Shown: positions 17,202 to 26,468 of the stretch, piece by piece | How positions within the stretch are numbered: position 1 is the stretch's first letter | Layout of the letters: every line of letters begins with the position of its first letter | Source: a virus | Lineage: Duplodnaviria > Heunggongvirae > Uroviricota > Caudoviricetes | Direction: 5' to 3' (one strand) | Virus record (IMG/VR): IMGVR_UViG_3300027806_000037 | Span: 1-64,000 of that record | Length of the DNA: 64,000 nucleotides | Made by a program: the position numbers and the translations under genes | The notes under the pieces: generated by a model | Told to the model about the DNA's origin: nothing | Databases searched by the model: none | The model's input: only the letters and a program-made list of their open reading frames with translations

Positions 17202-18182
17202 ATGAAAGACGCAACGATTGAAATTATTTCTGAAGTCAAAGCTCATCCTGATGCAGATAGACTTGATCTTGTTAAGATTCTTGGGTTTCAATGCGTTACA
17301 CAAAAAGGACTTTATAAGGGTGGTGAGAAAATTGTTTATATTCGACCTGATGCGGTTCTTCCTATTGAACCTTGGACTGAAGAGTATCGAAAATATTCAC
17401 CAAAACGAATCAAAGCTGTAAAACTTCGTGGCGAATTTAGTGAAGGTATTATTGTTAGGTTTGAACAACTTCCAGTTGATTTATCAAATCTTCAAGTTGG
17501 CTCTGATGTGAGTGAACAAATTGGTGTTGTTCATTATGAAGCACCACAACCACAAGATCTTCAAGCAAAAGGTTATCTTCCGGTTGGAATTGGTCCCACT
17601 GATGAAATTCGATTTGAGAATATCATTGATGAACTTCCATTCGGTTCAATTGTTGATGTTACATCTAAAGTTGATGGACAAAGTTGTAGTTTCTATTATA
17701 ACATTGAAACTGATGAATTTGGTGTTCTTGGAAGAAACTTGGAAATGAAGTTGGATGCGGTAAATAACTATACCGCACATGTTGCTCGTTACAACATTAA
17801 AAATAAGCTTATTGACTATTGCAAAAAACATAATGTTTCTTTGTGCATTCGTGGTGAGTCGTTTGGTCAAGGGATTCAAAGTTCTGGAAACAATCCACAT
17901 TCTCAAAAACCAAAAGGGTGGGTAATGTTTTCTGTATATAACATTAAAGAACGTAAATATCATAGAAAGAACGATAGATTCTATTTTAGAAATGTTGCGC
18001 AAGAATTGGAATTACCATTCGTTGATATCATTGAATTGGATGTCGAATTAACTAATGAGTTGATTCAAAAATATTCGGTTGGTATTGATAAAATTGAAGG
18101 TAAACCTTTTGAGGGTGTTGTAATTAATCATGAAAATGGTTCTTTTAAAGTTATTAACAAATCTTATGATTCTAAAAAATGA
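17202..18182 (+). CDS. fusion of tRNA-binding OB domain (Myf/EMAP/CsaA type) and RNA ligase nucleotidyltransferase domain
   Basis: N-terminus EVKAHPDADRLDLVKI ... KGGEKIVYIRPDAVLP ... LRGEFSEGII matches the tRNA-binding domain of MetRS-C/PheT-N/CsaA. C-terminus has ligase motif I KVDGQS, motif III-like IRGESFG, motif IV EGVVI, motif V FKVINK. Confidence 0.6.
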   Translation: MKDATIEIISEVKAHPDADRLDLVKILGFQCVTQKGLYKGGEKIVYIRPDAVLPIEPWTEEYRKYSPKRIKAVKLRGEFSEGIIVRFEQLPVDLSNLQVGSDVSEQIGVVHYEAPQPQDLQAKGYLPVGIGPTDEIRFENIIDELPFGSIVDVTSKVDGQSCSFYYNIETDEFGVLGRNLEMKLDAVNNYTAHVARYNIKNKLIDYCKKHNVSLCIRGESFGQGIQSSGNNPHSQKPKGWVMFSVYNIKERKYHRKNDRFYFRNVAQELELPFVDIIELDVELTNELIQKYSVGIDKIEGKPFEGVVINHENGSFKVINKSYDSKK

Positions 18183-18373
18183 ACAATCGAAGAAATTCAT
18201 TGTTTGGTAAAAAAGTAGTTGTTGGTCCTTGGGGATGGGGTAAAATTGGCGAAGTAAGTGTTCAAAAAACAGATGTTACTGTTTTTTATTATGTGTTTGG
18301 TATCTTAGTACATTGTGTAACAGCACATAATGTTTCTTATGATACAGCAGTAGAAATGGGTTATAAAAAATAA
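18179..18373 (+). CDS. hypothetical protein
   Basis: 64-aa ORF. Confidence 0.35.
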   Translation: MNNRRNSLFGKKVVVGPWGWGKIGEVSVQKTDVTVFYYVFGILVHCVTAHNVSYDTAVEMGYKK

Positions 18374-18377
18374 AAAA

Positions 18378-18758
18378 ATGACTGATAATAAATATATACC
18401 AATAGTGACAGATGAGACCATTGAAAAATGGTCAGAAGGAGATAGTTTTGCTGCGGTTATTGCTGAAGAGGTTAGAGATGTTTATGAGATTCATATCTCA
18501 GAAGGTCGATTGAAGTGGGTCGAATATGTGGAAGTTCATCATCCATCAGTACCCGAAGAAGAATGGAAAAAATGGGTTGATGGTAATGATGTTGAATTTT
18601 CTATGTTGGTGACTAAATGTTGTAATAAAAATCCTTGGATTCCACCTTGGGCATATAAAAATGCAGAATTAGACCATATTAATAAAAGAATTGTTTATCC
18701 GAATAAGTGTTGGGTTTGTCCGGGATGTGGTAATCAAATTAAAAAACTAATAAAATGA
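18378..18758 (+). CDS. hypothetical Cys-rich (zinc-ribbon-like) protein
   Basis: CCNKNPW ... CWVCPGCGNQ. Confidence 0.45.
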   Translation: MTDNKYIPIVTDETIEKWSEGDSFAAVIAEEVRDVYEIHISEGRLKWVEYVEVHHPSVPEEEWKKWVDGNDVEFSMLVTKCCNKNPWIPPWAYKNAELDHINKRIVYPNKCWVCPGCGNQIKKLIK

Positions 18759-18970
18759 ATTTAAGAATCGTTGAAAGAACCTATCCAAGTGGAAATATCT
18801 TATATGTTATACAGAAGAAACATTGGTTATTTAAAGATAAGTGGGTGGATTGTGAAATAGCTTCTTTTGGTTTTTATGAGACCGCAAGATTTAAAACTTT
18901 AGAAGAAGCAAAAAAGAATCTTTATCTATTTAGTAAAACTAAAATTATTGATAAAGTTGTTTATCCATGA
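18755..18970 (+). CDS. hypothetical protein
   Basis: 71-aa ORF. Confidence 0.4.
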   Translation: MNLRIVERTYPSGNILYVIQKKHWLFKDKWVDCEIASFGFYETARFKTLEEAKKNLYLFSKTKIIDKVVYP

Positions 18971-19112
18971 TTTGTTTTGAATCACCAAAATGTTCGGAAT
19001 GTTTAGAATCCGCTGGATGGGCATTAGCTTGTGGATTCGATATTTTATTTTTTGTTGGTGGTTTATTCATCTTAATTCTAATGATAATTCGTCTTAAAAA
19101 TGAAAATAAAAA

Positions 19113-19472
19113 ATGAAAAAATTTGTTATTGAAAATATAGGTTGGCAAAGTATGAATATATTTGAATATTCGCATCCAAATAAAACAAAAATTGATTTTG
19201 AAAATGATGTTAAAATTGCGATTAAGAATGCTGCTGAATTTTTAACATCTAACTCAAATGATTATTTAATTTCGGTTGATGATTTGTTAAGGATAACTGA
19301 TAAAGAATTGTTAGCATTAGGATATAATCATCCACAAATACCTGATGTGATAATTTCGATTGATTCTGAAAGTTTAATTGATTCCAATTGTAAAGATATT
19401 GAGAATTTAGTTGGAAAAGAATTGTTCGATAAAATTAATTCACATAATAATGAACATAATCCATATTTATAG
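19113..19472 (+). CDS. hypothetical protein
   Basis: 119-aa ORF. Confidence 0.45.
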   Translation: MKKFVIENIGWQSMNIFEYSHPNKTKIDFENDVKIAIKNAAEFLTSNSNDYLISVDDLLRITDKELLALGYNHPQIPDVIISIDSESLIDSNCKDIENLVGKELFDKINSHNNEHNPYL

Positions 19473-19474
19473 TT

Positions 19475-19900
19475 ATGAACAAAAATTTTTTATATATAAT
19501 TTTAATTATTGTTAGTTTATTGGGTATTTCTTATGTAGTTTTGCCTGATAAATGGAAGATTGTATTGGGTAAATTAAAAGAAAACGAAACAATAATTAAT
19601 CTTAGAAAAGAAAATGAGGAACTTAAAAAACAAAATGAGGATATTGAAAAACAAAGAAAGGAATTGAGAGAACAAATTAAAGAAGATTCTTTATTTATTG
19701 TTAATTTACAAACGGAAAGAGTTAAAATTGATAAACAGTTAGACAAGAAAGATATTGACATTGAGAGAACAAAAGGTAAATTGAATGATGTATTGAAAGA
19801 ACAAAATATTACAAAAGAAAACATAAATAAGATTAAATCAACACCAAATGAAAAACGAGGTGAAGAGTTAATTTTTTCAATTAGCAAAAGATTAAAATGA
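19475..19900 (+). CDS. membrane-anchored coiled-coil protein (i-spanin-like topology, speculative)
   Basis: N-terminal TM (FLYIILIIVSLLGISYVVL) then K/E-rich coiled coil. Confidence 0.4.
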   Translation: MNKNFLYIILIIVSLLGISYVVLPDKWKIVLGKLKENETIINLRKENEELKKQNEDIEKQRKELREQIKEDSLFIVNLQTERVKIDKQLDKKDIDIERTKGKLNDVLKEQNITKENINKIKSTPNEKRGEELIFSISKRLK

Positions 19901-20403
19901 GAAATATTTTATCAATATTATTTTTACTTTTGGTTTCATTCGGTTATTGTCAAAATATCCGGTTGGATAGGGATGAATTACCAGCTTACGTGATTAAAAA
20001 TCAATCAGACACTCTTGGTATCATCTTCTCAGTTGAAAATGTTCAGAAGATTGATAAAGACCTTGAACTTCTTGAATATATTGAAAAATTAAATTCACAA
20101 GTCGATACCGTACAATATTATTATGTCAGTTTAATTAATGATTTAAATGAAAAAGTTGAATTGCAAAAATATAAAATTATTAACCTAACAAGTGAAATCT
20201 TTAAAAAAGATGAATTAATTAAAAAATTAAGAAAAGAAATTGCTTTATCTGACACAACAATTGTGAATAAAAACATTGAAATTAATAATTTAAATACAAT
20301 TATTGTTGAAAAAGATGAAGAAATTCAAAAGCAAAAGAATTTAAAAATTGGAGCAATTGTTGGTGGTAGTATTTTAGTTTTACTCGTATTAATTTTTGGT
20401 TGA
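19897..20403 (+). CDS. signal-peptide protein with coiled coil and C-terminal TM
   Basis: MRNILSILFLLLVSFGYCQ; C-terminal IGAIVGGSILVLLVLIFG. Confidence 0.4.
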   Translation: MRNILSILFLLLVSFGYCQNIRLDRDELPAYVIKNQSDTLGIIFSVENVQKIDKDLELLEYIEKLNSQVDTVQYYYVSLINDLNEKVELQKYKIINLTSEIFKKDELIKKLRKEIALSDTTIVNKNIEINNLNTIIVEKDEEIQKQKNLKIGAIVGGSILVLLVLIFG

Positions 20404-20456
20404 GAAATAAAATTTAATTAACTTAGGGTTCGTATATATTTATATAAAAAAATAAT

Positions 20457-21161
20457 ATGAGTCGATTAAGAAAAAATATTAAACGAATTTTAGAGCAAGA
20501 AGTTGGTTCTAATGAATGGATTGAAAAGAAATTAGCTAAACGAAAATCCATGTCATATGATGAGGTAAATAAATTGGGAAAAAACGTTTTAGAATTATAT
20601 AAAGACAAATTTACAGTTAATTATTTCATTGAAAGAGTTCCGTTTTTAAAAGACTATAATATTATACTTGAACCGGGAAGATCCCCACATGATGATAGAG
20701 AAGATGGAATGCAATATAGAATTGAATTTGGTTTAAAAAAAGTCTCACAAAATCAAAAAGTTAATATTGGAGGGACGTATGCTGATTTTGATAAAATATT
20801 CATGTTTTCTGATTTTACTTTTTTTCCAAATCAAAATGGCGATGCTGTTTTTTATTATTTTGTAATTAAAAATCGACTAGTTTTAGAACCAGCAAAAACA
20901 GAAGATCAAGAAACAAATCTTAAAATTAAGATATTTACACAAGCTGCGATGTTAGTGTCCCAAAAATTATCATATAATGGTCAAATAATGGTACACGGAG
21001 ATAAAGATTATTTTTTCAATCGAATAAAAAATGAATATGAATTCAATGACCCGACAGATTTTCCGGAAGACAAATTAGATAATATTATAAATGAGATTAA
21101 TAAATCTCTATTTAATTTTGAGGAATTTATTTCAAATTTTGATTTAAAAATTGAAAAATAA
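20457..21161 (+). CDS. hypothetical protein
   Basis: 234-aa ORF. Confidence 0.5.
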   Translation: MSRLRKNIKRILEQEVGSNEWIEKKLAKRKSMSYDEVNKLGKNVLELYKDKFTVNYFIERVPFLKDYNIILEPGRSPHDDREDGMQYRIEFGLKKVSQNQKVNIGGTYADFDKIFMFSDFTFFPNQNGDAVFYYFVIKNRLVLEPAKTEDQETNLKIKIFTQAAMLVSQKLSYNGQIMVHGDKDYFFNRIKNEYEFNDPTDFPEDKLDNIINEINKSLFNFEEFISNFDLKIEK

Positions 21162-21484
21162 TGGAATTTAGAGAAGATGTAATAATTAATATAAAAAATA
21201 TTTTACCAAGACTTTTTTGGTTAAGAAAAGAAAAAATTGATGGTGACACCATAAATGTTATTTGGGATAACAGAGAAGCTAATCAGATTGGTAAAGTTAT
21301 GTTTAAAAAAGCAAAAAACAAGTGGAATACTAAACCACTAATGACCTCTTCTTATATTATAACTGACGCAGATTTATTTGGTGTCATTGATTTATTACAC
21401 AAACATGTTAACTTTGATGAGAGAGAATATTCCGAGATTAAAAAAATTTTGGAAACCATGTCCAAAAATATCTTAAAAAGATAA
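21161..21484 (+). CDS. hypothetical protein
   Basis: 107-aa ORF. Confidence 0.45.
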   Translation: MEFREDVIINIKNILPRLFWLRKEKIDGDTINVIWDNREANQIGKVMFKKAKNKWNTKPLMTSSYIITDADLFGVIDLLHKHVNFDEREYSEIKKILETMSKNILKR

Positions 21485-21561
21485 AAAAGTTCGTTTTAAG
21501 GCTTGTCAAGTGCAAAAAGTTTACTATATTTGAGTTATAAACAAATTAAAACTTTTATAAA

Positions 21562-21777
21562 ATGAAAAATCTTAATCGTACAGCAAAGTTAGCATTTTTT
21601 AATGCACGTAGACGCGAAGGTGATGTCTCCAGAATTATCTCTGAAACCGGAATGAGTCCCAACCACACTCGCAGAATGTTAGCGGCAGAACGCAGAATTA
21701 ATGAAGAAACTGCTGATACCGCATATGAAATTAGCTACATGCGCAGAAAAAATAGCGAAATTGGTTATAGTCTTTAA
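21562..21777 (+). CDS. hypothetical R-rich protein
   Basis: 71-aa ORF. Confidence 0.4.
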   Translation: MKNLNRTAKLAFFNARRREGDVSRIISETGMSPNHTRRMLAAERRINEETADTAYEISYMRRKNSEIGYSL

Positions 21778-21796
21778 TAACCACAAAAATTAAATA

Positions 21797-21836
21797 AAAT
21801 CCCCACCCAAAAAGTGGGGATTTTAACTTTTCTTGA
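21797..21836 (+). terminator. rho-independent terminator
   Basis: AATCCCCACCC-AAAAA-GTGGGGATT hairpin followed by a T-run. Confidence 0.65.
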
Positions 21837-21879
21837 TATTTATAAAATGGGGATTATATTATTAATAATTAAGAATTAA

Positions 21880-22401
21880 ATGCTAGAAAAACTAATTGAT
21901 TTTATTCTTGAGATTATTGAGCAGATAATTCCTTTTAAAGTCCTAAAGGATTATCAGCAAGGAGTTTTATTTAGATTCGGTAAATTTAGAAAGGTTGTAA
22001 AACCCGGTATTCAGTTTAAAATTCCATTTTTTGATGATATTGAAATACATCCCGTTGTATATACAACAATTACATTACCACCACAAAGCATAGTTACCAG
22101 CGATGGAATTAATGTTGTTATTAGAGGACATATAAAATATAAAATAGAAGATATTAAGATATTTGGTGTTGAAGTTTATGATGCAATTGATGCATTATCG
22201 GATATGACCGGTGGTGTTATTTATGAGATAATAAGAACAAAAACTTGGGAAGAATCTTATACATCAAATTTAAGTTCACTCATAACAAAACAAGCAAGAG
22301 TTGAAGCTAAAAAGTGGGGAATTTATGTTGAGAAGGTAACAATTACCGATTATTCAAAAACACCTTCGTTAAGACTTTTTAATGGTGAGATATTGAAATA
22401 A
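21880..22401 (+). CDS. SPFH/band-7 (stomatin/HflK-like) domain protein
   Basis: KDYQQGVLFRFGKFRKVVKPGIQFKIPFFDDI resembles the start of the SPFH domain (V.ERLG.....PGL.F.IPFI). Confidence 0.55.
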   Translation: MLEKLIDFILEIIEQIIPFKVLKDYQQGVLFRFGKFRKVVKPGIQFKIPFFDDIEIHPVVYTTITLPPQSIVTSDGINVVIRGHIKYKIEDIKIFGVEVYDAIDALSDMTGGVIYEIIRTKTWEESYTSNLSSLITKQARVEAKKWGIYVEKVTITDYSKTPSLRLFNGEILK

Positions 22402-22435
22402 CGAAAAAGTTTTTCTATCTTTTGGTCATAAATAA

Positions 22436-22696
22436 TTGATTATGAAAGATAAGAGGGGAAACTATAAAAAACCAACTTTGAAACAAAAAGTTGAGATGTA
22501 TGAAAATGTTTTTAACCAAATGTATCTCTGTAGAAATTATTCATTAAATGACGATAGATATCGTCAAATTTTAGATAATATTAATATTTGGAGTAGAATG
22601 CAAGGAATGGAAGGACCATATCAGGGTGAAGAAAGAAATTATTATAATAATGTTTATGGTTCTTTCTGGAATCTTTTAAATGATAATCAAAAATGA
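22436..22696 (+). CDS. hypothetical protein
   Basis: 86-aa ORF. Confidence 0.4.
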   Translation: MIMKDKRGNYKKPTLKQKVEMYENVFNQMYLCRNYSLNDDRYRQILDNINIWSRMQGMEGPYQGEERNYYNNVYGSFWNLLNDNQK

Positions 22697-23007
22697 GAAA
22701 TTTACTTTTTTTAATATTTTTAGCTATTGGAATTAATGTTTATTCACAGGATTACCAACCAGTTTTAATAAAATGGGTTGATATTACAGCAACAGATGGT
22801 GGATGGAGAACATATGACGAAATGCTGGAATGGTCAGGAGCACAACAAGATACGGTAACACAACTTGGATTTATCGTTTATCAGGACGCAAATAAGCTAG
22901 TCTTAACTGATAGTTATTTTAGAAATGAGAACATGATTGGTTATTGTGTTTCAATACCAAAATCAACTATTGTATATATTAAAAAAATCTCTATTAGAGA
23001 AGAATAA
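22693..23007 (+). CDS. secreted hypothetical protein
   Basis: signal peptide MRNLLFLIFLAIGINVYSQ. Confidence 0.45.
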   Translation: MRNLLFLIFLAIGINVYSQDYQPVLIKWVDITATDGGWRTYDEMLEWSGAQQDTVTQLGFIVYQDANKLVLTDSYFRNENMIGYCVSIPKSTIVYIKKISIREE

Positions 23008-23064
23008 TTTTGGAAATCGAAAAGGATTCCATATCTTTGTGAAACAAATTAAAAATATTAAAAA

Positions 23065-23343
23065 ATGTATGACGCACACCTTTTTTTGGATGATGAAAAA
23101 TTTGAAAAAAATGAAACTAATCTAATTGATAATGAAAGAATGACAAGATTTCTTTATGAGTCATTTTATAATGATTTAATTGATATGGGTGATGAAAGGT
23201 TTATTAAAACAAAAGCAAGAGCTTTAACCAAAGACGTGAAAATTAAATCTTTAACCAGAGCAATTCAATATTTTTCGCAACCACACATCGAAGAATATGA
23301 AAAATGCACATACATGAAAAATATTTTGGATAAATTGATTTGA
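23065..23343 (+). CDS. hypothetical protein
   Basis: 92-aa ORF. Confidence 0.4.
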   Translation: MYDAHLFLDDEKFEKNETNLIDNERMTRFLYESFYNDLIDMGDERFIKTKARALTKDVKIKSLTRAIQYFSQPHIEEYEKCTYMKNILDKLI

Positions 23344-23396
23344 TTCTAACACCAAATTCAACTATAATTTAATATAAAATTTTAAATCAAATAAAA

Positions 23397-23978
23397 ATGC
23401 AAAAAATTAAACTTAGAGATACTGAAAAAGTATTCAATGGAATTACAGAAATGAGCAAATTGGTTCAGGAAAATTTAATTGGTTTTAATGAAAGTATTAC
23501 AATTCAAAATGATTTTCATCCTGAAATGGATTTTGAGGTAAAACTCAATCTTAATAATGAAATTGAAGAGATTACTCTTATTTTTAAATCTTCAAATGGT
23601 GATGATTTTAGTGTTATTATTGATGACCCATATGAAGTTCCGGAAGCGGTTGATTTCTTTCTTTTAAAAGAACAAGAACCTTTAGCTAGTATTATGAATA
23701 CGTTAGACACTTTAATTGCTTTTGAAGGAGAACATGACTTAGAAGTTTCAGTTGATTTGAATAACTCAGATGAGGTAACTTTGTATTTTACTGATGAAAG
23801 TTACGGATATAACTATAGAATACAAATTGATTCCGATTCAACTAACGTTACCAGAGATGAAACTGAAATTAATGATAATGAGGAGGAAGAAAAAAGAGAA
23901 AGATTGGAACAGGCTAGACTTGAACTTGATGAGTTGCAAAAAGAAATTGATTATTTGGAGGAAGAATTGAATGATTAG
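23397..23978 (+). CDS. hypothetical acidic protein with C-terminal coiled coil
   Basis: 193-aa ORF. Confidence 0.5.
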   Translation: MQKIKLRDTEKVFNGITEMSKLVQENLIGFNESITIQNDFHPEMDFEVKLNLNNEIEEITLIFKSSNGDDFSVIIDDPYEVPEAVDFFLLKEQEPLASIMNTLDTLIAFEGEHDLEVSVDLNNSDEVTLYFTDESYGYNYRIQIDSDSTNVTRDETEINDNEEEEKRERLEQARLELDELQKEIDYLEEELND

Positions 23979-24143
23979 TAGGCAACCAAATCACCAACTT
24001 ATTGTCTAACATTAAACATATATTACAATGCAATCACACGAAATTTTTATTATAGCATTTATTTCTCTCATTGGTTTATTATTTAGCGTACAAATTTTTC
24101 TTAAAAAAACGGATAAAAAATGATTTTTAAACAATAAATTAGT

Positions 24144-24428
24144 ATGAAGACGTTATTAAAGACGGTAATAATTGATAATGTAACATATGAAATTTATGGA
24201 TCATCTAATGATAGGGTTAATAAATTCGATGAGATTAAAAATTTAATTAGCGAATTAGAAAGACTTTGGGAGTTTTTGGATTCAGTTGAAAAAACACTAA
24301 ATAATAAATCTTTTATTGAAAAAGCAAATAAAGTTATTGTGGAAAAAGAAATCAAAAAATTTAATGATACGATTGATAAAATGCTCTCAATCGAGAATAT
24401 ATTATATAACTATTTAATTCTAAACTAA
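24144..24428 (+). CDS. hypothetical protein
   Basis: 94-aa ORF. Confidence 0.45.
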   Translation: MKTLLKTVIIDNVTYEIYGSSNDRVNKFDEIKNLISELERLWEFLDSVEKTLNNKSFIEKANKVIVEKEIKKFNDTIDKMLSIENILYNYLILN

Positions 24429-24631
24429 TGAGTGACTTAATGTGGTGGGGATATCTACATTCAAACGGTAATATCCAAGTTAAACGATGGTTTGGAGACC
24501 ATAAAGACTATACTGATGATTGTGAAGGAAATCCATTTGTGAGTGTGGTTATAACCCCATTTTATGCGAACAATCGTGATGAGGCTATAGCACACATAAC
24601 AAAAAAATTAAACGAGTTTGGAGAACTGTAG
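24428..24631 (+). CDS. hypothetical protein
   Basis: 67-aa ORF. Confidence 0.4.
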   Translation: MSDLMWWGYLHSNGNIQVKRWFGDHKDYTDDCEGNPFVSVVITPFYANNRDEAIAHITKKLNEFGEL

Positions 24632-24634
24632 AAA

Positions 24635-25015
24635 ATGCTAAGGGGTGAACAACTAACACTGGAAAAGTGGGAATATACTGGATTATTGGTTAATTTATCA
24701 GATGATGAGAAAATTAAACTTGTAAAATATTTTAATGATGCGGTTGTAAAATACAATCTTTTATCTGAAAATATTTTTGATGAAACCGGTGTCTCATATT
24801 TAATTTTACCAATCATAAGAAGACTTTTTGATATTTTACGTAATTATAAAATTAATAAAGATATTGATTTATTAATAATTGATAAAATATATAAAGATTT
24901 ATATAATTCAGATTGGTATAAAAAATTATATAATGAAGCTTATTATAAACTAGATAGTGAGTCGGAATTGGTTGTTAGGATAACAAAAACATATATAGAA
25001 CAACTAGAAAAATGA
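24635..25015 (+). CDS. hypothetical protein
   Basis: 126-aa ORF. Confidence 0.45.
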   Translation: MLRGEQLTLEKWEYTGLLVNLSDDEKIKLVKYFNDAVVKYNLLSENIFDETGVSYLILPIIRRLFDILRNYKINKDIDLLIIDKIYKDLYNSDWYKKLYNEAYYKLDSESELVVRITKTYIEQLEK

Positions 25016-25302
25016 TTTATACGCTTTGGATTGATTATTTTGCGACAGGTGAAGGAAGAACAGTTTTCTTAAATATTGTTGATGCAAATACAAAAGAACA
25101 AGCTTTATCGAGCATGTCAAGACATATTGGACAACAATATGCGGATTATTATATGGTTGGTGTTAAATATGAGGAAGGATTTAATCCCAAAAATCAATAT
25201 GTCGTTGAATGTCTTTCAAAAACTTTAATTGACAAATTGGAAAAAAATAAAGATAGAGCGATGATTGATATCTATTGTGAACAATATTTTAATTTTTCTT
25301 AA
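25012..25302 (+). CDS. hypothetical protein
   Basis: 96-aa ORF. Confidence 0.45.
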   Translation: MIYTLWIDYFATGEGRTVFLNIVDANTKEQALSSMSRHIGQQYADYYMVGVKYEEGFNPKNQYVVECLSKTLIDKLEKNKDRAMIDIYCEQYFNFS

Positions 25303-25303
25303 A

Positions 25304-25567
25304 ATGAAAAATATTTATTATATTGATAAAAACACAAGAATTCGTTTTATACCATCAAATGATGGTCTGGAATATCACATTCTTGAACGTAAAACATTTG
25401 TAAAGGTTTTTAATTATATACTTTTTACCTATTGGAGAGAATGTACCACTGTAACAAATTTAATGTTTAATTTAAGTTCCGATATTAATGAATTTATAAA
25501 ACATGTGTTAGAGAAAGAAAAGATGGAAAATAAAAAACCAACAAAATTTAAAGGTTATCCAGAATAA
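25304..25567 (+). CDS. hypothetical protein
   Basis: ATG (MKNIYYIDKN) inside track ORF 25265..25567. Confidence 0.4.
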   Translation: MKNIYYIDKNTRIRFIPSNDGLEYHILERKTFVKVFNYILFTYWRECTTVTNLMFNLSSDINEFIKHVLEKEKMENKKPTKFKGYPE

Positions 25568-25585
25568 ATAATCTCCGTTCCTTCT

Positions 25586-25601
25586 CCCCCCCCCCCCCCC
25601 C
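25586..25601. repeat. poly-C homopolymer tract (about 16 C) in a CT-rich block
   Basis: ctccgttccttctcccccccccccccccttaac. Confidence 0.8.
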
Positions 25602-25621
25602 TTAACAAAAAAAATAATAAA

Positions 25622-25801
25622 ATGAGTTACACAATATACAGAACTGTTAATTTACCTAATGAAAAACCATATGTACAATACATTACACATGGTTTTGAAA
25701 CTGAGGAAGAAGCAAATGTTTTTATAAAGAAACATTATGGACCGGATGATATTTTTAAAGAAGAGGTTGAAGCGTTCAAATATTTTGTTGTGCAAGAATA
25801 A
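25622..25801 (+). CDS. small hypothetical protein (59 aa, not in track) bracketed by poly-C tracts
   Basis: MSYTIYRTVNLPNEKPYVQYITHGFETEEEANVFIKKHYGPDD... Confidence 0.4.
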   Translation: MSYTIYRTVNLPNEKPYVQYITHGFETEEEANVFIKKHYGPDDIFKEEVEAFKYFVVQE

Positions 25802-25820
25802 TTCCCGTCTTCCTTTCCTT

Positions 25821-25839
25821 CCCCCCCCCCTCCCCCCCC
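25821..25839. repeat. poly-C tract (C10-T-C8) in a CT-rich block
   Basis: ttcccgtcttcctttccttccccccccccctcccccccctc. Confidence 0.8.
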
Positions 25840-25878
25840 TCTTATTTAATAAGATTAAAAAAAAATAGAAAATTTATA

Positions 25879-26073
25879 ATGAAAACAAAAGAACTATTAG
25901 AATTTTTGAAAACATTACCAGAAGAATTTCTAGATTATTCGATTGTTAATGGTGAGGAAGGTATTTTTGAAGATGAAATTAGATATAGAGTTGATAAACC
26001 AATAGTCAGTGTGATAGTTGACGAGGAAACCAAAGAAGTTGTGTTATGTCATCAATATTCTGAAAAAAAATAA
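25879..26073 (+). CDS. hypothetical protein
   Basis: 64-aa ORF. Confidence 0.4.
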   Translation: MKTKELLEFLKTLPEEFLDYSIVNGEEGIFEDEIRYRVDKPIVSVIVDEETKEVVLCHQYSEKK

Positions 26074-26337
26074 TAATAAAAATTAAAAATTCGTTTTTTA
26101 GTCTAATTTTTCTATTAGATACAATAACACATAATACAATACGTTTTATGGTTAATAATAGGTTTGAGTTAAGTTGAAAAATCTCACAAGTTACGAATAT
26201 TTTTTTTAATTTGGAATAGATGAACAATGAATAACATTAAATATTAAATTTCCAAATTAACTTATTAACTTATTAACTTTAACTATTTTTTTTGTGTTGA
26301 ATTTATTTTTTTATTACAATTTCATCTTGACTTCAGT

Positions 26338-26468
26338 AATCCTATTAGCGTCCATAACGCCTAATACAATAGACGCTATACAGCTTAATACAATAGCGTC
26401 CATAACGCCTAATACAATAGACGCTATACAGCTTAATACAATAGCGTCCATAACGTCTAATAGGACCG
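26338..26468. repeat. 48-bp tandem repeat (about 2.5 copies) with internal ATAGCGTC/GACGCTAT inverted repeats, the whole block enclosed by CCTATTAG...CTAATAGG
   Basis: unit gcgtccataacgcctaatacaatagacgctatacagcttaatacaata; lies inside a 650-bp ORF-free region that also has TTAACTTA direct repeats at about 26250..26280. Confidence 0.7.
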
